NCBI GenBank assembly: GCA_963731085.1 | Contig: CAVSUF010000019.1 | Coordinates: 134,382-198,381, forward strand | Origin: an uncultured Actinomycetota bacterium | GTDB taxonomy: Bacteria > Actinomycetota > Actinomycetes > Streptosporangiales > Streptosporangiaceae | Direction: 5' to 3' | DNA: 64,000 bases | Part shown: positions 10,103 to 23,726 of the stretch, piece after piece | Position numbering within the stretch: position 1 is the stretch's first letter | How the letters are laid out: every line of letters starts with the position of its first letter | The notes under the pieces: generated by a model | The model's database searches: none | Seen by the model: the letters and a program-made list of their open reading frames with translations, nothing else | Told to the model about the DNA's origin: nothing | Translations under genes and position numbers: made by a program

Positions 10103-11244
10103 CTAGCCGATCACGCTCGGCCACTGCTGGGTGACGAGGTCCTCCGCGGTGGTGGACTGCGCTTGCGTCGGGTAGGTCGGCGTGCCCGACGGGGCCGCCG
10201 GCAGCGCCGCCAGCGCGGTCTTGTCGACCGTGCCGTTGGCGATCATGGTCTGCAGCTCGATCGGCCGGGCCTCGCCCTGCAGCCACAGGTTCTGGCCCGT
10301 GGTCGTGTACAGGAACTCCTCCCACAGCCGGGCCGCGGCCGGGTCCGGCGCGCTGGCGCTGATGGCCTGGTCGTAGTAGGCGGCGAAGCTGGCGTCAGAC
10401 GGGATGACGACCTTGAAGTTCTTCACCGAGGACTGGATCTCGGAGGCCAGCAGGTAGTCCCACCAGACGACGATCGGCGTGCTGCCGTTCTCCACCGTGG
10501 TCGGTCCGGCTGCGACCGGGACGAAGTTGCCCCGCCTTATCCAGCTGCTTGAAGAACGCGATGCCCGGCGCGATGTTGCCAAACGAGCCGCCGTTGGCCA
10601 GCGCGGCCGCCCAGACCGCGTCGAACGCGGCAGCCGCCTCGGTCGGGTTGTTGTTGATGGCGACCTGGTGCTTGTAGGCCGGGTTCAGCAGGCTCTTGAA
10701 CGAGGTCGGCGCGACCTTCACCTTGCTGGCGTCGTAGCCGATCGCCACGTAGCCGCCGTAGTCGGCGTACCAGCTGCTGTCCGCGGCCTTGGAGCTGGCC
10801 GGGATGTCGCTCCAGCTGGCCACCTCGTAGGGGGCCAGCAGCTTCTTCTGGTCGCCCTCGATGGCGAACGAGGTGCCCATGTCGAGCACGTCGGGGGCGC
10901 GGCTCTGCCCCTTCTCCTGCTGCATGGCGTTGATCTCATCCTGGCTGGAGCCCTCGGGGTTGGCATCGGTGATCTTGATGCCGTACTTGGCCGTGAACGT
11001 CCTTCATGATGTTGCCGTAGTTGGCCCAGTTGGTCGGCAGGGTGATGACGTTCAGGTGGCCCTCCGCCTTGGCTGCCTTGATCAGGGCGGCCATGCCGCC
11101 GCCCTGCTGCGCCGAGGTGACCTTGGACCAGTCGGTGCCGCCGCTGCTGCTGGAGCCGCCGGATCAGCTGCTGCCGCAGCCGACCGCGAGGACGACACTG
11201 CACACCGCCACGCCGAGCGCGGCGATTTTCCTGGTATTTCCCAC
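10103..11244 (-). pseudogene. ABC transporter substrate-binding lipoprotein, in-frame TGA plus several frameshifts
   Basis: GTG 11244 follows GGAGGGG. The signal peptide and lipobox read VGNTRKIAALGVAVCSVVLAVGCGSS, then an in-frame TGA at 11164-11166, then the same frame continues SGGSSSSGGTDWSKVTSAQQGGGMAALIKAAKAEGHLNVITLPTNWANYGNIMKD. Later fragments are ORFs 10395..10925 and 10103..10582. Confidence 0.8.
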
Positions 11245-11439
11245 TATTTCCCCTCCGAACACAGGCCCTAATGTGGTCAGGACGGGAGCATCGTCGCGGG
11301 GGAAGATGACTGGCAGATGTCTGGAGTATAACGATTGGCCTGCTAAGGCGGTAACGATAGGTGACTAACGCGCACATGACGCACGTTCGGGCCGAAATTG
11401 CCCGCTGCCTGACCGAAAAGGGGCTCGAAGGCCGAATCG

Positions 11440-12138
11440 TCAGCTGCGCCAGCGGCCGGACGCCAGCGCCGCCACGTCCGGGTCGCTGCCGGTCAGCCGG
11501 ACCCGGGCCGCGCCGGCCCGGCCGAACGCCCACATGGTCAGCTCGGCGGGCGCCCCGATCACCGTGACCAGCGGCGCCCGGGCCTTGGCCGTGATCCGCA
11601 GCGGGGCATTCCCGTCGCGACCCGGCGGCGGCGCCAGGCCATCGCCGCCCGCCGCGTCGTCGCGGTCGTCGCGGGCGAACTCCACGCCGACCGGCGCCCG
11701 GCGCAGCATCAGCCGGGCCAGCTTCAGCTGGCGCCACAGCAGGTCGGCCAGGCCGTCGTCGAGCAGCCGGGGCTTCCAGCCCGGCTGCGCCCGGCGGATG
11801 TCCTCGTGGTGCACGAAGAACTCGGTCAGGTTGGCCCGCGCGTCCGCGCCCGGCAGGCCGAACACCGACAGCCGGGGCGGCCCGGTCCGGATCAGCTCGA
11901 CCATCCGGGGGAACGGCACCTGATCGGTCAGCCGTCCCTGGACCCGGCGGGTGTGGCGGCCGAGCGGGCCGCCCAGCACGCCGAGCGCCGCGTCCGGCCG
12001 CCGCTCCCGCAGCACCAGGTGCGCGGCCAGGTCGGCCGTGCGCCAGCCCGCGCACAGCGTCGGCTCGTCCGGGCCCAGCTCGTCAAGCAGGTCGCAGAGG
12101 CCAAGGCGCTCATCTCGGGCATACGTCACGGCGCCCAT
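11440..12138 (-). CDS. TIGR03085-like / mycothiol-dependent maleylpyruvate isomerase N-terminal (DinB-like) domain protein
   Basis: Intact 232-aa ORF. MGAVTYARDERLGLCDLLDELGPDEPTLCAGWRTADLAAHLVLRE...FFVHHEDIRRA is the typical pattern of this actinobacterial family. Confidence 0.7.
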   Translation of the reverse strand: MGAVTYARDERLGLCDLLDELGPDEPTLCAGWRTADLAAHLVLRERRPDAALGVLGGPLGRHTRRVQGRLTDQVPFPRMVELIRTGPPRLSVFGLPGADARANLTEFFVHHEDIRRAQPGWKPRLLDDGLADLLWRQLKLARLMLRRAPVGVEFARDDRDDAAGGDGLAPPPGRDGNAPLRITAKARAPLVTVIGAPAELTMWAFGRAGAARVRLTGSDPDVAALASGRWRS

Positions 12139-12302
12139 GCTAGGTCACTTAGCGCCGGCGTAGCCTCAGGCGCACCACACTGGCCGGCAGTTGACCTGGG
12201 CGAGCTGCCCGGCGGGCCGGGCAGCCGGCCGGGCGCGCTAGCGTTTCCTGCGGAGCAGCAGGCCGGCCCCGCCCGCGGCGGGCGCGGGCCGGAAGGAGGC
12301 GC

Positions 12303-13238
12303 ATGACCAGCGAGAGCCCAGCGGGGACGGCCGGGCCGGCCCGGGCCGGGGGCCTGCCGGCGCGGCTGCGCGGGCTGTCGCCCCGGGCCGAGTTCACCCT
12401 CGTGCTGCTGCTCGGCGTGGCCGGGGCCGGGCTGGTGTACCTGGCCCTGCGGCAGGGCTGGGCGCAGGTCCGGACGCCGGTGCCCGCCCCGCTGCCGACC
12501 AGCGTGGTCACCGTCACCGGGCAGAGCCTGGTTCCGCTGGCCGGCGCGCTGGACCTCGCGGCGCTGGCCAGCCTGGCCGCCGTGCTGGCCACCCGCCGGG
12601 TCGCCCGGCGGGTCACCGGCGTGCTGGTGGCCCTGCTCGGCGCCGGCATCGCGGCGGCCGCCGCCAGCGGCGTATCGGCCCCGGCCGCCCTGGCTGCCGC
12701 CGCCCAGGGCCTCGGCCCGAGCACCGGGGCCGGCGCGGGCAGCGCGCCGGGATCGGTCACCAACGGCGCCGCGGCCGGCGGCACCGGCACGGGCAGCACG
12801 GGCATCGGCAGCACGGGCATCGGCAGCACGGGCGTGCCCGGCGTCGGCGGCTTCCACGCGCACGCCGTGCTCACCGCCGCGACCTGGCAGGCCGCGGCGG
12901 TCATCGGCGCGCTGGCGCTGATCGCCGCGGGCATCCTGGTCACCTGGCGGGCCACCCGCCTGCCGGTCATGTCCAGCCGCTACGACTCCCCGGCCGGCGC
13001 CACCGCGCCCCCCGGCCGGGCAGGCGCCGCTGCCGCCGCCACGGCTGCCGACACGGCCGCTGGCACGGCCGCTGGCACGGCCGCTGGCACGGCCGCTGGC
13101 CCAGCGAGCGCCGTCCCGGCCGGGCTAGCCGCCGGGACGGCGGAGCCGGGCGGCGACGACGACGAGCGGGCCGACTCGGCCAGCATGTGGGAGTCGCTGA
13201 GCCGGGGCGACGACCCGACCGCCGCCCGCCGCCCCTGA
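12303..13238 (+). CDS. Trp-biosynthesis-associated membrane protein (TIGR02234-like)
   Basis: GGAAGGAGG RBS. The protein has TM segments plus the pattern TVTGQSLVPLAGALDLAALASLAAVLATRRVARRVTGVLVALLG and sits immediately upstream of trpC, as in other actinobacteria. It contains 15-bp (12792-12836) and 12-bp (13044-13100) in-frame tandem repeats. Confidence 0.7.
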   Translation: MTSESPAGTAGPARAGGLPARLRGLSPRAEFTLVLLLGVAGAGLVYLALRQGWAQVRTPVPAPLPTSVVTVTGQSLVPLAGALDLAALASLAAVLATRRVARRVTGVLVALLGAGIAAAAASGVSAPAALAAAAQGLGPSTGAGAGSAPGSVTNGAAAGGTGTGSTGIGSTGIGSTGVPGVGGFHAHAVLTAATWQAAAVIGALALIAAGILVTWRATRLPVMSSRYDSPAGATAPPGRAGAAAAATAADTAAGTAAGTAAGTAAGPASAVPAGLAAGTAEPGGDDDERADSASMWESLSRGDDPTAARRP

Positions 13239-13382
13239 CCCGCACCGGCGCCCGGCGCCACCGCCCCGCGAGCCTCCCGCGCCCGGCGAGCACCCGGAGC
13301 CCCTCAGGCCTCCCGCGCCCCGCGCCCCGCGAGCACCCGGAGCCCCACGAGCCCCCCGCGCCTCACGAGCATCGGCGTCCAC

Positions 13383-13435
13383 CATGATCGTGACCGTTTT
13401 TCCGCCATATGCGCGGGTAATCGGTCACGATCATG
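13383..13435. repeat. palindromic intergenic element, copy B
   Basis: CATGATCGTGACCGTTTTTCCGCCATATGCGCGGGTAATCGGTCACGATCATG. An extra half-site CGGTCACGATCGGGGAAAACC lies at about 13458-13478. Confidence 0.9.
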
Positions 13436-14030
13436 GAAGCCGGGCCGGCCGGCCGCGTCGGTCACGATCGGGGAAAACCACCCGCCGGCCGAGCCTCCGC
13501 TGGGGGAGGCTAGCGGCTGGCCGCGGTTACGGAGCGGATACGGGCGCGGGCAGGCATAGCCCGACTGGTATCGGGAATACCCGGCATAACGCCGGAACCC
13601 GCAGGTTGGGCATGAGCGGCCCGAGACCGGCCCGAGCGGGGCCCGCCAGGGCAGTCCGGGCAGGGCGGTAAGGTCGGCCGGGCCGGATGGCCGGCGGGCC
13701 GCCGGCGGGCCGAGCCGGGTGAGCGAGCCGGGTGAGCAGGCGAGGGAGGTGCCAGGTGGCGGTGCTGCGGCAGGCCGGGCGGGCCGGGCGCTCCGCGCCG
13801 GGCGATGTCCCAGGCGGCGAGCTGCTGCGCGGCGAGCTGCTGCGCGGCGAGCTGGGCGAACTGCTGGTCAGCGAGCCGGGCCTGGCCGAGGCGCCGGGCC
13901 GGGCGATCAGCGGCGGGACCGGCTTAGCCGCCCTCCGGAGCGTCGCGGACAGGGGGCCAGCGAGCCGCCTGCGACGCTCTCGCTACGATTTGAACGCAAG
14001 CCACACCGTCTGAGGGGGCTGCAGAACCGC

Positions 14031-14864
14031 GTGAGCGTGCTCGACGACATCATCGAAGGGGTGCGCAGCGACCTGGCCGAGCGCCAGCAGCTGGCGCCAC
14101 TGGATCGCCTGAAGGAGGCGGCCAGCCGGGCGCCGTCGCCGCGTGACGTGCTCGGCGCCCTGGGCGGCGACGAGGTCTCGGTCATCGCCGAGGTCAAGCG
14201 GGCCAGCCCGTCCAAGGGCGCGCTGGCCGCGATCGCCGACCCGGCCGCGCTGGCCTCGGACTACGAGGAGGGCGGCGCGCGGGTCATCAGCGTGCTGACC
14301 GAGCGGCGCCGGTTCGGCGGCAGCCTGGAGGACCTGGCCGCGGTTCGCGAGATGGTCCAGGTGCCGGTGCTCCGCAAGGACTTCATCGTGACCTCCTACC
14401 AGCTATGGGAGGCCCGCGCCCACGGCGCCGACCTGGTCCTGCTGATCGTCGCCGCGCTGGACCAGAACGCGCTGGTGTCGCTGATCGAGCGGGCCGAGTC
14501 GATCGGCCTGGTGCCGCTGGTCGAGGTGCACACCGCCGAGGAACTGGACCGGGCGCTGGAGGCCGGCGCCCGGGTGGTCGGCGTGAACGCCCGGAACCTG
14601 GCCACGCTGGAGGTGGACCGCAGCGTGTTCGCCGCCCTGGCCCCGCAGATCCCCGAGGGCGTCATCAAGATCGCGGAATCCGGCGTGCGCGGCCCGCACG
14701 ACCTGCTGGCCTACGCGGCCTCCGGCGCCGACGCCGTGCTGGTCGGGGAGAGCCTGGTCACCGGCAAGGACCCGCGTACCGCCGTGGCCGACCTGGTCAC
14801 CGCCGGGCTGCACCCGGCCCTGCGTGGCGAGCGTGCCCGCCGGGAGCCGGGCGAGCCAGCCTAG
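14031..14864 (+). CDS. trpC: indole-3-glycerol phosphate synthase
   Basis: GTG 14031 follows [27 protein letters not shown]...[16 protein letters not shown]...[15 protein letters not shown]...LRKDFIV...[13 protein letters not shown]...ESGV is canonical TrpC. The ORF is open from 13719, but the upstream part is low-complexity. Confidence 0.92.
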   Translation: MSVLDDIIEGVRSDLAERQQLAPLDRLKEAASRAPSPRDVLGALGGDEVSVIAEVKRASPSKGALAAIADPAALASDYEEGGARVISVLTERRRFGGSLEDLAAVREMVQVPVLRKDFIVTSYQLWEARAHGADLVLLIVAALDQNALVSLIERAESIGLVPLVEVHTAEELDRALEAGARVVGVNARNLATLEVDRSVFAALAPQIPEGVIKIAESGVRGPHDLLAYAASGADAVLVGESLVTGKDPRTAVADLVTAGLHPALRGERARREPGEPA

Positions 14865-15043
14865 CGGCCCGGCCGGCCAGCCTTTTTACCCGAGCGGGCG
14901 GTTTAGCCGGCCCGCGGCCGTGTAGGCCGGTGACCTGCCGGGCATCACCGCACGCAGGGGAGCCGGCGAGGCCGACCCGGGCGCTGGGCCCGGGGCCGCG
15001 ACCAGGCTGACCTGCCGAGGTGCCTGACCAGCGTAGGAAATGT

Positions 15044-15076
15044 CACGTTAACGTGGAGCCCGGCCCTGGCTATAAT
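15044..15076 (+). promoter_or_regulatory. candidate gltB promoter with a 12-bp palindrome over the -35 region
   Basis: -35 TTAACG (15048-15053), 17-nt spacer, perfect TATAAT (15071-15076). CACGTTAACGTG (15044-15055) is a perfect palindrome. This is a locally AT-richer island about 210 nt upstream of the gltB ATG. Confidence 0.45.
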
Positions 15077-15286
15077 CAGGGGACGTTCGGGTAACTAGTA
15101 CAGACCGGCTGATCCGGCGCATCTCGGGTGAGAAGCACGGGGCTACCAGTACGGCAGTGTTACCAGCACGGGAGTGTTATCTGCACAGCAGTGCGGCTGG
15201 GCACTGTACCCGCACGTGGCAGGGCCAATGTCGTCCCGCCTCCACCACCTGCTCGACGATGGCGGACGAAGACGACTGGAGTGTCA

Positions 15287-19874
<4,588 letters not shown>

Positions 19875-19885
19875 GGAGGGACGCC

Positions 19886-21427
19886 ATGGCTGACCCCAGG
19901 GGGTTCATGAAGACGCCGCGGCCAGGCCCGGCCCGGCGCCCGGTGGACATCCGGATACCAGGACTGGCGCGAGGTGTACGCCGAGTTCGGCAAGCGCGAG
20001 CTGGAGCGCAGGCCGGGCGGTGCATGGACTGCGGCATCCCGTTCTGCCACCAGGGCTGCCCGCTCGGGCAACCTGATCCCGGAGTGGAACGACCTGGTCC
20101 GCACCGGGGACTGGCGGGCGGCGGCCGAGCGGCTGCACGCCACCAACAACTTCCCCGAGTTCACCGGGCGGCTGTGCCCGGCGCCGTGCGAGAGCGCCTG
20201 CGTGCTCGGGCATCAACTCCGACCCGGTGACGATCAAGCAGGTCGAGGTCGAGATCATCGACCGGGCCTGGGACGAGGGCTGGGTGCCGCCCCGGCGGCC
20301 GTCGCCGGAGACCGCCGCGGCCGGCCGCCGGGTGGCGGTCATCGGCTCCGGGCCGGCCGGGCTGGCCGCCGCCCAGCAGCTCACCCGGGCCGGGCACGCG
20401 GTCACCGTCTACGAGCGGGCCGACGCGCCGGGCGGCCTGCTGCGCTACGGCATCCCCGAGTTCAAGATGGAGAAGCGGCACCTGGACCGGCGGCTGGTGC
20501 AGATGCTGGCCGAGGGCACCGAGTTCCGCTGCGGGGTGGCCGTCGGCGACCAGGTCACCGCCGCGCAGCTGCGCCGCGACTTCGACGCCATCGTGCTGGC
20601 CTGCGGCGCGACCGTGCCGCGCGGCCTGCCGGTGCCGGGCGCGGAGCTGGACGGCGTGCACCAGGCCATGGACTACCTGCCGCTGGCCAACCGGGCCGTG
20701 GCCGCGCACCGCGCCGCGACGCACCGCGCGCCGAGCCGCCGGGCCCGGTGCCCGCCCCGAGCCCGCCGACCTGGAGGTCAGCAGCCCGCCATCTCGGCCC
20801 GCGGCCGGCACGTCGTGATCATCGGCGGCGGCGACACCGGCGCCGACTGCCTGGGCACCGCGCTGCGCCAGGGCGCCGCGTCGGTGACCCAGCTGGAGAT
20901 CCTGCCCCGGCCGCCGCGGGCCGCGGCCGCCGGCCCAGCCGTGGCCGACCTACCCGATGATCTACCGGGTCAGCAGCGCCCACGAGGAGGGCGGCGACCG
21001 GGTCTACGCCGTGTCCACCCAGGAGTTCCTGGCCGACGAGGCGGGCCGGGTCCGCGCCCTGCGGCTGGTCGAGGTCGAGCTGACGGCGGGCCGCCGGCGC
21101 CGCGGCCCGGCACCGAGCGGGACCTGCCCTGCGACCTGGTCCTGCTGGCCATGGGCTTCACCGGCGCCGAGCGCGGCCGGCTGGTCACCGAGCTGGGCGT
21201 GGACGTTCGACGAGCGCGGCAACGTGGCCCGCGACGGCGGCTACGCCACCTCGGTGCCGGGCGTGTTCGTGGCCGGGGACATGGGCCGGGGCCAGTCGCT
21301 CATCGTCTGGGCCATCGCCGAGGGCCGGTCCGCGGCCGCCGCCGTCGACCAGTTCCTCGGCGGCGAGACGGTGCTGCCCGCCGCGATCGAGCCCGACCGC
21401 CGCGCTGCCGCTGCGGCTAGCCGGTGA
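19886..21427 (+). pseudogene. gltD: glutamate synthase small subunit (NADPH), at least five frameshifts
   Basis: ATG follows [21 protein letters not shown]; [63 protein letters not shown]; [48 protein letters not shown]; [22 protein letters not shown]; VFVAGDMGRGQSLIVWAIAEGRSAA. Stop at 21425-21427. Confidence 0.92.
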
Positions 21428-21518
21428 CCGCGGTACCGGCGCGGCGCCGGGCCGCCTGGCGCGCCGGCCGGGGCAAACTGGCGCGACCTGGCCGGCCGGC
21501 GCGGGTAACGTCTGGCCT

Positions 21519-22387
21519 ATGCCGGTGGCGTACCTGCCCAGCCCCGCCCGCGGGCTGTGGTACCTCGGGCCCGTGCCGGTCCGCGCCTACGCGCTGTGCA
21601 TCGTCCTCGGCGTGGTCGCCGCGCTGTGGGTGACCGACCGCCGGTACCGCGCGGATGGGCGGCCCGCCCGGCATGATCCTGGACGTGGCCACCGTGGCGG
21701 TGCCCGTCGGCCTGGTCGGGGCGCGGCTGTACACGGTGCTCAGCGACTGGCGGGCGTACTTCGGCCCCGGCGGCGACTGGGTCTCGGTGTTCCGCGTCTG
21801 GGACGGCGGGCTGGGCATGGCCGGCCTGGCCGGCGCGGCGGGCGCCGGGGCCTGGCTGTACTGCCGGCGGCACGGCTACGCCTGGCCCCGATGGCGCTGG
21901 CCGCCGTTCCCGCCCTGGCCGTGGCCCAGGCCGTCGGGCACCATGGGGCAACTGGTTCAACCAGCGGATGTACGGCGTCCCCGTCGGGGCTGCCGTGGGC
22001 CGTGGCCATCGACCCGGTCCGCCGGGCCAGCGGGTACGAGAGCTTCTCGACGTTCCAGCCGGTGTTCCTGTACGAGTCGCTGTGGGACATCGCGGTGGCG
22101 GTGGCGCTGGTCATCGCCATCCGCCGCTGGGTCGCTGACCGGGGACCGGGCGTTCGCCCTGTACGCGGCGCTGTACGCGGCGGGCCGGTTCGTGGCCGAG
22201 GTGACGCGGATCGACTCCGCGCCGCGGCTGCTGGGCATCCGGGTCACCGAGCTCGGCGATGCTGGTCATCGCCCTCGGCGCGGCGGGCTACCTGTGCCTC
22301 ACCCGGTCCCGGCACGGCCAGGCCGAGCCCGCCGGGCCGACCGCGCCACGGCCGGGTCACCGGCCGAGGCCGTCCCGGCGGCCGTGA
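21519..22387 (+). pseudogene. lgt: prolipoprotein diacylglyceryl transferase, at least five frameshifts
   Basis: MPVAYLPSPARGLWYLGPVPVRAYALCIVLGVVAALWVTDRRY; MILDVATVAVPVGLVGARLYTVLSDWRAYFG...VFRVWDGGLG; WGNWFNQ; LPWAVAIDPVRRASGYESFSTFQPVFLYESLWDIAVAVAL; DRAFALYAALYAAGRFVAEVTRIDSA. These Lgt signature segments are spread over three frames. Confidence 0.88.
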
Positions 22388-22428
22388 GCCCGGCGGCGGC
22401 CGGGTCGCGGGCGGCTCAGCCCCGTCGG

Positions 22429-22511
22429 TGCCGGGAGCGGGATTCGAACCCGCACGCCCTTTCGGGCAGATGCTTTTGAGGCATCGGCGTCTGCCGTTCC
22501 GCCATCCCGGC
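22429..22511 (-). tRNA. tRNA-Leu (anticodon CAA)
   Basis: The reverse complement GCCGGGATGGCGGAACGGCAGACGCCGATGCCTCAAAAGCATCTGCCCGAAAGGGCGTGCGGGTTCGAATCCCGCTCCCGGCA folds as a cloverleaf. It has a 7-bp acceptor stem, anticodon stem GATGC/GCATC with loop CTCAAAA, a long variable arm GCCC-GAAA-GGGC, and T arm GCGGG-TTCGAAT-CCCGC. CCA is not encoded. Confidence 0.93.
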
Positions 22512-22680
22512 ATAAATCGCGACAATGATGATCTTAACGCAGTACGGAGCAGGCCCGGCTTCAATCTACCGGTCCCCGGCCGTTTCCGGCGGCCCTGATT
22601 CGCGCAGGTCCGGGCCTGTCGCGGGGACTGCGGGGAGTGCGGCTGAGCGGCCCCTGACGGGTCTTCGGTAATCTCACCCC

Positions 22681-23316
22681 GTGAGCAAGTCCCTGAGCGT
22701 GGTTATCGCCGAAGACGAGGCCCTCATCCGGCTTGACCTGAAGGAAATGCTGGAGGAGGAGGGCTACGTTGTCGCGGGCGAGGTCGGCGACGGCGCGTCG
22801 GCCGTCGACCTCGCCCAGCGGCTCCGCCCTGACCTGGTCATCATGGACGTCAAGATGCCCGGCCTGGACGGCATCTCGGCCGCCGAGCAGATCTCGGCCG
22901 AGCGTCTCGCGCCGGTCGTCATCCTGACCGCGTTCTCCCAGCGTGACCTGGTCCGGCGGGCCAGCGACGCGGGCGCCATGGCCTACCTGATCAAGCCCTT
23001 CACCCGGGCCGACCTGGTACCCGCCATCGAGATCGCGGTCAGCCGGTACCAGGAGATCACCGCCCTGGACACCGAGGTGGCCGGGCTGCGCGAGCGCCTG
23101 GAGGTCCGCAAGATCCTGGACCGGGCCAAGGGCCTGCTCCAGTCCGATCGGGGCATCACCGAGGCCGAGGCGTTCCGCTGGATCCAGAAGAGCTCGATGG
23201 ACCGCCGGATGACCATGCGCGCGGTGGCCGAGGAGGTCCTGGCCGCGGCGGCCAGCGCCGCCACGGCGGACGGGGGCGCGGCGGACGGCGCCCGCGAGCC
23301 CGGTCAGCCGGGCTAG
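22681..23316 (+). CDS. pdtaR: ANTAR-domain response regulator (PdtaR-like)
   Basis: Intact 211-aa ORF. The receiver domain reads VVIAEDEALIRLDLKEMLEEEGYVVAGEVGDG...DLVIMDVKMPGLDG, followed by the ANTAR helix region RKILDRAKGLLQSDRGITEAEAFRWIQKSSMDRRMTMRAVAEEV. The position upstream of polA matches mycobacterial Rv1626. Confidence 0.9.
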   Translation: MSKSLSVVIAEDEALIRLDLKEMLEEEGYVVAGEVGDGASAVDLAQRLRPDLVIMDVKMPGLDGISAAEQISAERLAPVVILTAFSQRDLVRRASDAGAMAYLIKPFTRADLVPAIEIAVSRYQEITALDTEVAGLRERLEVRKILDRAKGLLQSDRGITEAEAFRWIQKSSMDRRMTMRAVAEEVLAAAASAATADGGAADGAREPGQPG

Positions 23317-23726
23317 CCCGCTCGCTCTCGTCTCTGCCGCCGGGCACCGCCGGTGCTGCTCTGGCGGGCGGTCTGGGCCGGGCGCTCTGCGGCGCTCTGG
23401 TGGCTGCGCGCCGCGGCCTGCGCGGGTGCTCCCGCACAGGCCGCTCGCCCCTATCCCGCCGCTCGCTCGCCCGGGGTCAGGGCGCAGGCGGGCGGGGCCA
23501 GGGCATGCCCCCCGGTACCGCCCCGGCACCCGCCGCCTGCTGCCGCCCGCCGCGCCGCGCTGCCGCGGCCTGCGACCGACGGTCAAGAGCACGGCCAGCC
23601 TTTGGTGCCATGTCAGCCTTCCCCGGGCTGGCACGTTCTCTACTCGGCCCGCCGTGCTCTGGCATGCCACCGTAGCGAGGCCCGCCGCGCCGCGCAAAGA
23701 CACCGGGATTCGCCGGCCTGTATGGG

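Noticed and set aside
11245-11439. PHO box (PhoP direct repeats) in the promoter of the phosphonate-type ABC operon
   Set aside because: Only one weak GTTCGGGCCGA-like unit is present, it is in the wrong orientation, and the adjacent 11-mer does not repeat it. That is insufficient evidence.
13436-14030. Possible hidden gene or RNA in the 600-bp gap upstream of trpC
   Set aside because: All six frames are low-complexity with no recognisable motif, and I saw no convincing conserved RNA structure. It is mentioned only as part of the trp-region finding.
15031-15110. GlnR box (gTnAc-n6-GaAAc) upstream of gltB
   Set aside because: GTCAC-gttaac-GTGGA and GTAAC-tagtac-AGACC match the a-site but not the b-site consensus. 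I cannot support a GlnR site from sequence alone, so only the palindrome and promoter hexamers are reported.
22388-22680. tRNA-Leu as an integration hotspot with an adjacent island
   Set aside because: The flanks are only 41 and 169 bp long and lead straight into lgt and pdtaR. No direct repeat of the tRNA 3' end was seen nearby.
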